A stretch of DNA of 64,000 nucleotides from Occultella glacieicola (GTDB lineage: Bacteria; Actinomycetota; Actinomycetes; Actinomycetales; Beutenbergiaceae): assembly GCF_004353825.1 (NCBI RefSeq), contig NZ_SMNA01000012.1:62001-126000 (forward strand), read 5' to 3'. The notes under the pieces are model-generated. The model did no database searches. It was not told the DNA's origin and saw only the letters and a program-made list of their open reading frames with translations. A program made the position numbers and the translations under genes. Of the stretch, positions 37,766-46,648 are shown piece by piece (the first letter of the stretch is position 1; each line of letters starts with the position of its first letter).

Positions 37766-38458
37766 ATGACCGACGCCGACGTGGAGAGCGCCCCGGCCGG
37801 GGCGAAACCGACCTTCGAGAGCATCGACGACCTCTACGCCGTGCTGCATCCGGTCATGCGCGCGATCACGAGCGCCGTCGGCCCGCATTGCGAGGTGGTG
37901 CTCCACGACCTCACGGCGCGGTCGATGGAGAGCACCATCTACGCGATCGAGAACGGGGTGGTCACGGGCCGCTCCGTGGGTGGACCGTCGACGAACCTGG
38001 GCCTGGGCGTGCTGCAGGACGAGCAGGCCAACCACGACGCGTTCGGCTACCACGGACGTACCTCCGACGGCCGTGACCTGCACTGCTCGTCGGTCTACTA
38101 CCGCAACCGGGCCGGCTCGGTGATCGCGGCTTTCTGCATCAACATCGACCTGACCGCGGTCCAGAACGCCCAGGCGATCCTGGCTGCGCTGCTGCCGGCG
38201 GACGGCGAGTCCGCACCCCAGGAGATCGTCGGGCCCGACATCCAGATGGTCCTCGAGGACATGATCGACACCGCGGTCAAGTCGATCGGCAAGCCGGTGA
38301 GCCTGATGACGAAGGCCGACCGGATCAAAGTGCTGCGGCTGCTCGAGGAACGGGGCGCGTTCCACATCAAGCGCGCCGTCGACCGGGTCGCTGCCCGCTT
38401 GGGCATCTCGAAGGTCACCGCCTACAGCGACCTGGAGTCGGTCCGCAGCGCCCGCTAG
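37766..38458 (+). CDS. YheO/DauR-like regulator (PAS_6 + HTH_22)
   Basis: CEVVLHDL, AIENGVVTGRSVG, CINID, GAFHIKRAVDRVA..LGISKVTAY. Confidence 0.92.
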   Translation: MTDADVESAPAGAKPTFESIDDLYAVLHPVMRAITSAVGPHCEVVLHDLTARSMESTIYAIENGVVTGRSVGGPSTNLGLGVLQDEQANHDAFGYHGRTSDGRDLHCSSVYYRNRAGSVIAAFCINIDLTAVQNAQAILAALLPADGESAPQEIVGPDIQMVLEDMIDTAVKSIGKPVSLMTKADRIKVLRLLEERGAFHIKRAVDRVAARLGISKVTAYSDLESVRSAR

Positions 38459-38488
38459 TTCGGCGTGAGCCCGCGAGCCGCGCGGTTC

Positions 38489-39667
38489 CTAGCGCCAGCC
38501 ACCCTGGGCCACCACGGACCCGGTGACATCCCGGCGATACCGACCGGGCGAGCGCCCGGTGTGCTTCTTGAACGCGACCCCCATGTACTCCGCGTGCGGA
38601 AAACCGAGGTGCTCCGCGATCCGCGTCATGGTCCAGTCCGTGGAGCCGAGCAGCTCTGCCACCTGGTTCATCCGCACCCGCAGGATCTCGGTGTGCACGG
38701 TCCGGCCCAAGTGCTTGAGGAAGCGCAGGTCGAGGGCCCGCCGGGACAGGCCCACCTCCCGCAGCACCTCGGTCACGGTGATGTTGCGGCCCGCATGGTT
38801 CCGGATGAAGCGCAGCGCCTGCGCCACGGTCACGTCGTCGACCGAGAGGAGGTCCGATGACTGACGCACCACCACCCGGACCGGCGGGATCAGGCGCAGT
38901 CCGGGTTCGACGGTCTCCCCGGCCATCATCCGATCCAGGAGCTCGGCCGCGAGGTACCCGGTGCGTCGCGTGTTCGGCTCGATGCTGGAGAGGGCGGGCG
39001 AGGAGAGGGTACCGAGCAGTTCATCGTTGTCGACCCCGATGACGGCCACCTGGTCGGGAACCTCCAGGCCGGCGATCTTGCAGGCCTCCAGCACCTCCTG
39101 GCCGGCGATGTCGTAGGCGGCGAGCACACCCACGGGCCTGGGCAGTCCGGCCAGCCACCGGACCAGTCGGTCTCGGTCGGTGGCCTTCTTGCCGGTCGGC
39201 CGCAGTCGGAACTCCAGGGCCGGGGCTCCATACACCTCCGAGTGCTGGACGAAGCTCTCCGCTCGCTTCACCGACCAGCCATACCGAGGGTCGCCACAGA
39301 AGGCGAAGTGCCGGATCCCCCGTTCGGCGAAATGCTCGACCGCCCACCGGGCGATCTGGTCGTCGTCCGTCTCCGCGCCGGGCAGTTCCGGCACCAGCCG
39401 ACCGGCGGAGAGATCCACGGCCGGCAGTCCGAGACGCCGCACGAAGGCAGCCGCCTCCGGGCTCTCGATCCTCGCCAACACCCCGTCGCCGGTCCAGCCC
39501 TCGAGCCACGAGAAGTCGGTCTCGAGCCGCGAATGCTCCACCAGATAGAGCGACCAGCCCCGGTGCACCGCGACGTACTCACGCACCCCGTGCAGGAGCC
39601 CGCGCGCGTACCCGTTGGAGGTCTCCACGAGCAGCGCCACGTGTCTCGTCGACTCCGATCCGGGCAC
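38489..39667 (-). CDS. XylR-type activator (sensor domain + AraC HTH), copy 2
   Basis: Close paralog of 19487-20668; leaderless, with TAGAAT 6 nt before the GTG. Confidence 0.93.
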   Translation of the reverse strand: MPGSESTRHVALLVETSNGYARGLLHGVREYVAVHRGWSLYLVEHSRLETDFSWLEGWTGDGVLARIESPEAAAFVRRLGLPAVDLSAGRLVPELPGAETDDDQIARWAVEHFAERGIRHFAFCGDPRYGWSVKRAESFVQHSEVYGAPALEFRLRPTGKKATDRDRLVRWLAGLPRPVGVLAAYDIAGQEVLEACKIAGLEVPDQVAVIGVDNDELLGTLSSPALSSIEPNTRRTGYLAAELLDRMMAGETVEPGLRLIPPVRVVVRQSSDLLSVDDVTVAQALRFIRNHAGRNITVTEVLREVGLSRRALDLRFLKHLGRTVHTEILRVRMNQVAELLGSTDWTMTRIAEHLGFPHAEYMGVAFKKHTGRSPGRYRRDVTGSVVAQGGWR

Positions 39668-39730
39668 GTAAATATTCTACAGAGTCCTGCTAAATTACGC
39701 ATGGTGATCGGCTGGGCCGCTTCATACGGT
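39668..39730 (+). promoter_or_regulatory. XylR/AraC-type direct-repeat operator (21-bp spacing) plus -10 box
   Basis: GTAAATATTCTACA (39668), GCTAAATTACGCAT (39689), TACGGT at 39725-39730. Confidence 0.65.
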
Positions 39731-39748
39731 GGCAACAGGAGGTCACAG

Positions 39749-40861
39749 ATGACGACAAGCGTTCGCATTGCCATCGCAGGTCTCGGCTTCGGAGCCGAGT
39801 TCATTCCCATCTACCAGGCACACCCGGACACCGAACTGGTGGCCGTCTGTCAGCGCAGCGAGGATGCGCTGCGTCGGACCGCCGACCACTTCGGGATCGA
39901 GGGCCGCTACACGAACTTCGACGCCATGCTCGCCAACCCGGACATCGACGCGGTGCACATCAACACCCCGATCCCCGACCACGCGGCACAGTCGATCGCG
40001 GCCCTCCGGGCAGGCAAGCACGTCGCGTGTACGGTGCCGATGGCCACCACCGTCGACGAGTGCCGTGCCATCGTCCGGGCCGCTCAGGAGAGCGGCCGGA
40101 ACTACATGATGATGGAGACGGTCGTCTACTCCCGTGAGTTCCTGTACGCCAAGCAGCTGCTCACCGATGGCACCCTTGGCCGGATCCAGTTCCTGCGCGG
40201 CGCGCACCACCAGGAGATGGCCGGTTGGCCCGGGTATTGGGAGGGGCTGCCGCCGATGCACTACGCGACCCACGCCGTCAGCCCGTTGCTCGCGCTGACC
40301 GGCACCCTCGCCGAGAGCGTGGTGTGCCAGGGATCCGGCCGCATCTCCGAGGAGCTGACGGCGAAGTACGGCTCTCCCTTCGCCGTCGAGTCCGCGCTGC
40401 TCACCCTGCGCGACTCCCCGGTCGCCGCCGAGGTGGCGCGGTCGCTGTTCGAGACCGCCCGCGAGTACGTGGAGAGCTTCACCGTGTTCGGCGAGCACGC
40501 CACCTTCGAGTGGGAACAGACCCAGGGAGTCGGCCACGTGCTGCACGTGGGCGAGCAACCCGAGCGGGTGGAGGTCCCCGACTTCGCCCACCTGCTGCCC
40601 GCCGAGATCGCCCCGTTCACCACCCGCGGGGTCTATGACGACGACAACCAGCACCTCTCGTTCGTCCAGGGCAGCGGCCACGGCGGCTCACACCCCCACC
40701 TCGCCCACGAGTTCGTGCGCAGCATCGTCGAGGAGCGCGCCAGCGCGATCGACGCTCCCACGGCGGCGAACTGGACGTCCGTGGGCATCTGCGCCCACGA
40801 GTCGGCGATGGCCGGCGGCGAGCGGATCCAGATCCCGGACTTCGCGGCGGTACGGCTATGA
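39749..40861 (+). CDS. Gfo/Idh/MocA-family oxidoreductase, paralog of 27786-28877
   Basis: IAIAGLGFGAEFIPIYQAHP...GSGHGGSHPHLAHEF; AGGAGG RBS. Confidence 0.93.
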   Translation: MTTSVRIAIAGLGFGAEFIPIYQAHPDTELVAVCQRSEDALRRTADHFGIEGRYTNFDAMLANPDIDAVHINTPIPDHAAQSIAALRAGKHVACTVPMATTVDECRAIVRAAQESGRNYMMMETVVYSREFLYAKQLLTDGTLGRIQFLRGAHHQEMAGWPGYWEGLPPMHYATHAVSPLLALTGTLAESVVCQGSGRISEELTAKYGSPFAVESALLTLRDSPVAAEVARSLFETAREYVESFTVFGEHATFEWEQTQGVGHVLHVGEQPERVEVPDFAHLLPAEIAPFTTRGVYDDDNQHLSFVQGSGHGGSHPHLAHEFVRSIVEERASAIDAPTAANWTSVGICAHESAMAGGERIQIPDFAAVRL

Positions 40862-41682
40862 GCACCGGACCGAGGGTCAGCGTCGCCACGATCTGCTTCG
40901 ACGGCTTCGGCGACGAGAACTTCGAACCCACCTTCGCCCACGCCCCGGCCCTGGGGATCCGGGAGATCGAGTTCAACACCTGGTACCCCCGCAACCTCAC
41001 GCCCGCCGGGCTGGACTCGGTGCGGCAGCGCAGCGAACGGGCCGGGCTACGGCCCGCCACCCTGCAGGTGTCGCCGTTCGCGCCCGGCCCGGACAGTGCC
41101 GACCTGACCCGCGAGAGCAGCCGCTGGCTGTGGCTGCTCGAGGCCGCGGAGCGACTCGGCGTCGGCGTGATCAAGGCCACCGGCTCGGCACGCGGCACCC
41201 ACGGCGGCCTGGACGCGGTGATCGACCTGCTCCGGGTGATCGCCCCGATCGCGGCCGAACGCGGGCTCACCATCGCCGTCGAGAACCACGCCAACAACGT
41301 CCTCGAGCACCCCGAGGACTACGACGAGTTGTTCGCCGCGATCGGTACCCCCGCCGTCGGCATGTGTCTGGACACCGGGCACTTCGCTGCCTCCGGGCAC
41401 GATCCGGTCGCGGTGGCCGGCCGGTTCGCCGACCGCCTGGTCCACCTCGACCTCAAGGACTGCGCCGGCATGGTCGACGGCGCTCCACAGTTTGTCCGCT
41501 TCGGTCACGGCACCGTCGACTTCGACGCCACCCTCGCCACGGCCGTGTCGAACGGATACACCGGGTACCTCGTCATCGAGCTGCCTCTCATCGACCGCGC
41601 AACGATGGCGGCCGACCTCCGTGCGGGAGCCGAGTTGGCCCTCCGCCACACCCCCGATTTCACCTCCCCCCTCTCGACATAA
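40858..41682 (+). CDS. Xylose-isomerase-like TIM-barrel protein (sugar isomerase/epimerase/lyase, IolE-like fold)
   Basis: Metal-ligand pattern AVENH, LDTGH, VHLDLKD, GHGTVDF, YTGYLVIE. Confidence 0.88.
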   Translation: MSTGPRVSVATICFDGFGDENFEPTFAHAPALGIREIEFNTWYPRNLTPAGLDSVRQRSERAGLRPATLQVSPFAPGPDSADLTRESSRWLWLLEAAERLGVGVIKATGSARGTHGGLDAVIDLLRVIAPIAAERGLTIAVENHANNVLEHPEDYDELFAAIGTPAVGMCLDTGHFAASGHDPVAVAGRFADRLVHLDLKDCAGMVDGAPQFVRFGHGTVDFDATLATAVSNGYTGYLVIELPLIDRATMAADLRAGAELALRHTPDFTSPLST

Positions 41683-41693
41683 GGAGTTCCCCC

Positions 41694-43049
41694 ATGTCGC
41701 AAGTTGGCAAGGACGCCACCGGCCGTTTCCACCGACTCCCCCGAACCGCCCGCCTGTCCGTCGCGCTCGTCGGTACTGCCGCCCTGGCTCTACTGACCGC
41801 CTGCGGCGGCGACGACGGCGATCCGCCCTCAGCCGAGGACGTACCGTCCGAGGGCCCCATCGCGATCACCTGGTACGGCTCGGACGCGCGCAACGCGGCG
41901 GTCCAGCAGGTGGTGGACAACTGGTCCGCGGAGAACCCGGACGTCCAGATCGAGACCCAACCCACCACCTTCGATTCCTACTGGGACCGGGTCTCGGTGC
42001 AGGCCGCCGCGGACAACATCGCGTGCGTCGCGGCCATGCAGTCGCGCTACCAGGCCCGCTACGAGGACCGTGGCAACCTGCTGGCGCTCGACGGGCTCAT
42101 CGAGGACGGCACGATCGACGTCTCCGGCATCCCCGAGGTGGTGCTGGAGAGCCAGCGTGCCGCCGACGGCCACATCTACGTGATCCCCTACGGCATCTGG
42201 TTCGAGGGTGCCACCTTGAACGTGCCGCGACTGGCCGAGTTCGGCCAGACCCCTCCGGACGCGTCCGGGTCCTGGGTCGACTACGTGGACTGGGCCCTCG
42301 GAGCCCAGCCCAGCATGCCCGAGGGCACCTGGGCGATCGCTGACCGCGGCGACCAGATCACGCAGTTCCAGGCCTACGCCCTCGGCCAGGGCGAGACCCT
42401 CTTCGGCGACGGCGAGGTCGGCTTCTCCGAGGAGACCCTCACCTCGTGGTTCGACCTGTGGACGCGCGCCGTCGACGGCGGTGCCGCGCCCCCGCCGGAC
42501 GTGAACGCCGAGTACGCCGGCGTCCCGACCACGCAGTCCCTGATGGCCGTGGGCGGCGTGCTGGTGAGCAGCACCGGTGACAACAACATCTCCGACGTCC
42601 AGATCGCGCTGGACCAGAACGGCCTGGGCACGGTCAGCATCGTCGCCTCCCCCACCGATGGCGTGCCGCAGGTGGTCGGCGCGAACGGCTGGTCGATCTC
42701 GGCCAACTGCACGAACGTGGCCGCCTCGGCGGACTTCATCTCCTCGTTCGTCAACACCCCGGAGAACGCGACGATCCTGGAGACCCAGACCGGACTGCCG
42801 CCGGTCACCTCGGTGCTGGAGGGCCTGCAGGAGGACCCGGAGGTGTCGCAGGCGATCAAGGACCGGATCGCGCTCTACTTCGATCTGCTCGACCAGGGCG
42901 CCACGGTCGACGTCTGGCCGGACGGCGCTCAGGCGCTCGTCTCGCAGATCGCCACCAGCTACCAGGAGGTCGCCTTCGGCCAGACCAGTTCGCAATCGGC
43001 CGCGGCTGACTTCATCGCCCAGGCGAACGCCGCACTCTCCGGGTTCTGA
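41694..43049 (+). CDS. Sugar ABC transporter solute-binding lipoprotein
   Basis: Lipobox LTAC; ITWYG, FDSYWDR; AAGGAG RBS. Confidence 0.92.
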   Translation: MSQVGKDATGRFHRLPRTARLSVALVGTAALALLTACGGDDGDPPSAEDVPSEGPIAITWYGSDARNAAVQQVVDNWSAENPDVQIETQPTTFDSYWDRVSVQAAADNIACVAAMQSRYQARYEDRGNLLALDGLIEDGTIDVSGIPEVVLESQRAADGHIYVIPYGIWFEGATLNVPRLAEFGQTPPDASGSWVDYVDWALGAQPSMPEGTWAIADRGDQITQFQAYALGQGETLFGDGEVGFSEETLTSWFDLWTRAVDGGAAPPPDVNAEYAGVPTTQSLMAVGGVLVSSTGDNNISDVQIALDQNGLGTVSIVASPTDGVPQVVGANGWSISANCTNVAASADFISSFVNTPENATILETQTGLPPVTSVLEGLQEDPEVSQAIKDRIALYFDLLDQGATVDVWPDGAQALVSQIATSYQEVAFGQTSSQSAAADFIAQANAALSGF

Positions 43050-43067
43050 CCCCGACGCAGCAGCACT

Positions 43068-43099
43068 CGGGTGGGGCCTCGGGGTCGAGGCCCCACCCG
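43068..43099 (+). terminator. Intercistronic stem-loop downstream of the SBP gene
   Basis: Perfect 14-bp stem CGGGTGGGGCCTCG / CGAGGCCCCACCCG with a 4-nt loop. Confidence 0.7.
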
Positions 43100-43117
43100 G
43101 ATCAGGAAGGATCGACG

Positions 43118-44113
43118 ATGATCGACACCCATGGGCAAACCGCGGCAGCGTCCGCGAGGCCCACGACCTCTGACGCGTCCGCTGACCCGGCACGCCGGGG
43201 CCGACCTCCCCGCACGGCGTGGACCGAGGCGCAACGCACCACGGCCGCCGGCTACGCGTTCCTCACCCCGTGGCTGCTCGGCTTCTTCGGCATCACCCTG
43301 CTGCCGATGCTCGCCTCGCTCGTGCTGTCCTTCACGAACTTCTCCGGCTCGTTCCGGACCGTGGAGTGGATCGGCTTCGAGAACTACCGGCTGATGTTCA
43401 CGGTGGACCCCGCGTACTGGCAGTCGGTGCGGGTGACGTTCACCTACGTGCTCGTCTCGGTGCCGATCATGCTGGTCTTCGCCCTGACCGTGGCGACCCT
43501 GCTGAACAAGGGCATCGCCATGCTCGGCCTGTACCGGACCATCTTCTACGTGCCCTCGCTGCTCGGTAGCAGCGTGGCGATCGCGGTGCTGTGGCGGTTC
43601 ATCTGGGGCGAGACCGGGCTGTTGAACAACGTCCTGGACCTGTTCGGGATCGTCGGGCGCAGCTGGATCGGCCACCCGGACACGGCGCTGCTGACGATCA
43701 TGGTCTTGAACGTGTGGACGTTCGGCTCCCCGATGATCATCTTCCTCGCCGGGTTGCGTCAGGTGCCGGCCGAGCTCTACGAGGCGGCCGGGCTCGACGG
43801 CGCCGGCCGTCGCCAGCGGTTCTGGCACATCACGCTGCCGTCGATCTCACCGGTGGTGCTCTTCAACGGGATCCTCGCCGTGATCGGCGGCTTCCAGGCC
43901 TTCACCCAGGTCTACGTGGTCAGCGGCGGCACCGGTGGGCCGGCCGGATCCACGCTCTTCTACACCCTGCTGCTCTACCAGCGAGCGTTCGGCGAACTGC
44001 GGTTCGGCTACGCCTCGGCGATGGCCTGGGTGCTGCTCCTGATCATCGGTGCGGCCACCGCCGCGGTGTTCGCCAGCGGACGCTACTGGGTCTATTACGG
44101 AGACGAACGATGA
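43118..44113 (+). CDS. Carbohydrate ABC transporter permease (MalF-like)
   Basis: YAFLTPW, LYEAAGLDGAG, FGYASAMAW; paralog of 20893-21846. Confidence 0.95.
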   Translation: MIDTHGQTAAASARPTTSDASADPARRGRPPRTAWTEAQRTTAAGYAFLTPWLLGFFGITLLPMLASLVLSFTNFSGSFRTVEWIGFENYRLMFTVDPAYWQSVRVTFTYVLVSVPIMLVFALTVATLLNKGIAMLGLYRTIFYVPSLLGSSVAIAVLWRFIWGETGLLNNVLDLFGIVGRSWIGHPDTALLTIMVLNVWTFGSPMIIFLAGLRQVPAELYEAAGLDGAGRRQRFWHITLPSISPVVLFNGILAVIGGFQAFTQVYVVSGGTGGPAGSTLFYTLLLYQRAFGELRFGYASAMAWVLLLIIGAATAAVFASGRYWVYYGDER

Positions 44114-44982
44114 CCACCTTGGCAGTCGCGCGTCGGCGGCACCGGATCGTGCCCTACGTCGCCCAGCGCACGTTCATCCACGTCGGCCTGGTCTCGGCCG
44201 CGTTCGTGATGGTCTACCCGTTGCTGTGGATGACGGCGACGGCGTTCCGTCCGTCCGAGCAGGCCCTGATCGAGGATTCCCTGTGGGTCCCGGAGCCCAC
44301 CCTGGAAAACTTCGTCCAGGGCTGGAGCGCGGTCGGTCAGAGCGGGTTCGGGGTGTTCTTCCTGAACTCCTTCATCGTGGCGGGCCTGGCGGTGATCGGG
44401 AACGTACTCTCCTGCGCCCTGGCCGCGTATGCGTTCGCCCGGCTCCCGTTCCGGGGGCGCAAGTTCTGGTTCGGCCTGATGATCGGCACCATCATGCTGC
44501 CGATCCACGTGCTGCTGATCCCGCAGTACCTGCTCTTCAACGCGCTCGGCTGGGTGGACACGTTCCTGCCGCTGATCGTGCCGAAGTTCCTGGCGACCGA
44601 GGCGTTCTTCGTGTTCCTGCTGGTGCAGTTCTTCCGGCTGATCCCGCGGGAGATCACCGAAGCCGGCCGGATCGACGGCTGCGGACACCCGCGGATCTTC
44701 CTTCGGCTGATCCTGCCGCTGTCGGTGCCCGCGCTGACCACCGCGGCGGCGTTCTCGTTCATCTGGTCCTGGAACGACTTCCTCCAGCCACTGATCTACC
44801 TGACCAGCCAGTCGAACTACACCGTGCCGATCGCCCTGTCCCTGTTCGTGGACTCCTCGGGCACCTCCAACTACGGCGCCCTGTTCGCGATGTCCCTGCT
44901 CTCGCTGATCCCGGTGATCGGCTTCTTCCTGGCCTTCCAGAAACTCCTCCTCGACGGCATCTCAACGACGGGACTCAAATGA
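44110..44982 (+). CDS. Carbohydrate ABC transporter permease (MalG-like)
   Basis: IPREITEAGRIDGCG, WSWNDF, GISTTGLK; paralog of 21843-22706. Confidence 0.95.
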   Translation: MTTLAVARRRHRIVPYVAQRTFIHVGLVSAAFVMVYPLLWMTATAFRPSEQALIEDSLWVPEPTLENFVQGWSAVGQSGFGVFFLNSFIVAGLAVIGNVLSCALAAYAFARLPFRGRKFWFGLMIGTIMLPIHVLLIPQYLLFNALGWVDTFLPLIVPKFLATEAFFVFLLVQFFRLIPREITEAGRIDGCGHPRIFLRLILPLSVPALTTAAAFSFIWSWNDFLQPLIYLTSQSNYTVPIALSLFVDSSGTSNYGALFAMSLLSLIPVIGFFLAFQKLLLDGISTTGLK

Positions 44983-45773
44983 CCAGCCCCACCCCTCGAC
45001 GATTCGACAACCGCACCATGGCCGTGACCGGCGCCGCCTCCGGCATCGGCCGCGCCACCGCCACCCGTCTCGCTGCCGAGGGCGCCCAGGTGGTGCTCCT
45101 GGACCGCAATCTCGACGGCCTGGCGGCCACCGAGCAGGCCGTCCGGGAGGCCGGCGGGCAGGTCCTGGCGCATCAGCTGGACCTCTCCTCCGAGGCCTCG
45201 GTGACCGAGACCGCGCACACCCTGGCCGCCGAACACCCCCGGCTGCACGGCCTGATCGGGTGCGCCGGCGTGGTCCACATCGACGGCGTGCAGGAGAACC
45301 CGTTCCTCGACCGCGGCCTGGCCGGCTGGGACCTGCTGTTCGGCGTGAACGTGCGCGGCATGGCCCAGCTGGTGCACGAGCTGGTCGCACCCCTGGTGGC
45401 CGCCCGCGGCGTGGTCGTCACGGTGTCCTCCGAGGCCGCCTACCGCTCCCGGGCCGGCCGCTGGATCTACGACGCGTCCAAGGCGGCGCTGGTCTCGGTG
45501 ACCCGCTCGATGGCCGCGGCACTGGCCCCCGACGGGGTGCGGGTGGTGGGCGTGGCCCCCGGCGGCACGATCACCGAGATGCACCTGCTCGACCATGACG
45601 ACCCGGAGGCGACGCGCAGCCGGATGCGGGCGGCCGGCGGGTCCAACCTGCTCGGCCGGCTCGCCGAACCGGAGGAGATCGCGGCCGCGATCGCGTTCCT
45701 GGCCAGCGCGGACGCGAGCTTCATCACCGGCACCACGATCGCCGTCGACGGCGGCGGGGCGGGTAGCCGATGA
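44979..45773 (+). CDS. Short-chain dehydrogenase/reductase
   Basis: TGAASGIG, YDASK, FITGTTIAVDGG. Confidence 0.92.
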   Translation: MTSPTPRRFDNRTMAVTGAASGIGRATATRLAAEGAQVVLLDRNLDGLAATEQAVREAGGQVLAHQLDLSSEASVTETAHTLAAEHPRLHGLIGCAGVVHIDGVQENPFLDRGLAGWDLLFGVNVRGMAQLVHELVAPLVAARGVVVTVSSEAAYRSRAGRWIYDASKAALVSVTRSMAAALAPDGVRVVGVAPGGTITEMHLLDHDDPEATRSRMRAAGGSNLLGRLAEPEEIAAAIAFLASADASFITGTTIAVDGGGAGSR

Positions 45774-46648
45774 GCGCCCGGTACGCCCTCGTCGGCCTGG
45801 GCAACGTCGGCTCGGACCTGACCAGCGCCGCCGTCGCCGCCGGGCTCGACCTGCACGTCTACGACCTCGACGCCGCGGCCCGGGAGCGGGCCGGCAACGC
45901 CGGCGCCGTCGTCCACGAGTCCGCGGCCGAGGCCGTCGACGGCGCAGCCACCTTGGTCCTGTCGCTGCCCAATGCCGAGGTGGTCGACGCGGTCCTCGCC
46001 GGCGGCGCCCTGGACGCGCTGCGCCCGGGCGGGGCGCTCATCGACATGTCCACGAACCTGCCGCAGAACGCGGTGACGCTCGCGGCCACCGGCCGCGAGC
46101 GCGGCCTCACGGTGCTCGATGCCCCGGTCAGTTACGGACCGGACGGGCTGGTCGCCTTCGTCGGCGGCCCACCTGAGGACGTGACGGCACAGCGGGAGTG
46201 GCTGGACGCCGTCGTGACCCAATGGACCCATGTTGGTGCGCACGGCCAGGGCCAGTACGCGAAGCTCGTCCAGAACATCCTCAGCGGTGTGCAGATGGGC
46301 GTGATCGCCGAGGTGCTCGGCTTCGCCAGCCGGGCCGGTACCGACCTGGACGCGTTGGCCGCGGCGCTGCGCCCGACCGGCGCGCACTCGCGGATGCTGG
46401 AGCGCACCATGCCCGCGATGCGAGAACGGCGGTACGGGTCGGCCGGGACGATGGCGCTGCACGCCAAGGACATGGGCTACGCCCTGCGCGCCGCCGAGCA
46501 GATCGACGCCCGGATGCCGTTCACGCAGGCCCTCCTGACCGTGTTCCAGGAGACCCTCGCCGCCGGCGACCCGCGCTGGGGTCAGACCGCCCTGATCGAG
46601 TGGTTCCTCGCACAGGACCGGGACGCCACGGACGGAGACGACGAGTGA
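45770..46648 (+). CDS. Beta-hydroxyacid dehydrogenase (3-hydroxyisobutyrate dehydrogenase / tartronate semialdehyde reductase family)
   Basis: VGLGNVG, IDMST, LDAPVS, AKLVQN, KDMGYA. Confidence 0.88.
   Translation: MSARYALVGLGNVGSDLTSAAVAAGLDLHVYDLDAAARERAGNAGAVVHESAAEAVDGAATLVLSLPNAEVVDAVLAGGALDALRPGGALIDMSTNLPQNAVTLAATGRERGLTVLDAPVSYGPDGLVAFVGGPPEDVTAQREWLDAVVTQWTHVGAHGQGQYAKLVQNILSGVQMGVIAEVLGFASRAGTDLDALAAALRPTGAHSRMLERTMPAMRERRYGSAGTMALHAKDMGYALRAAEQIDARMPFTQALLTVFQETLAAGDPRWGQTALIEWFLAQDRDATDGDDE

Noticed and set aside
40635..41693. Long N-terminal extensions given by the ORF track (e.g. 40635-43049, 21665-23722, 33357-35405, 48471-50309, 36356-38365)
   Set aside because: These extensions overlap neighbouring real genes. 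Starts were reset to RBS-supported or stop/start-coupled codons, so they are not fusions.
45770..46648. Calling this gene garR and linking it to the GlucD-like/RraA module
   Set aside because: It lies in a different operon under a different regulator, and has DAPVSYG rather than the usual DAPVSGG; there is not enough evidence.
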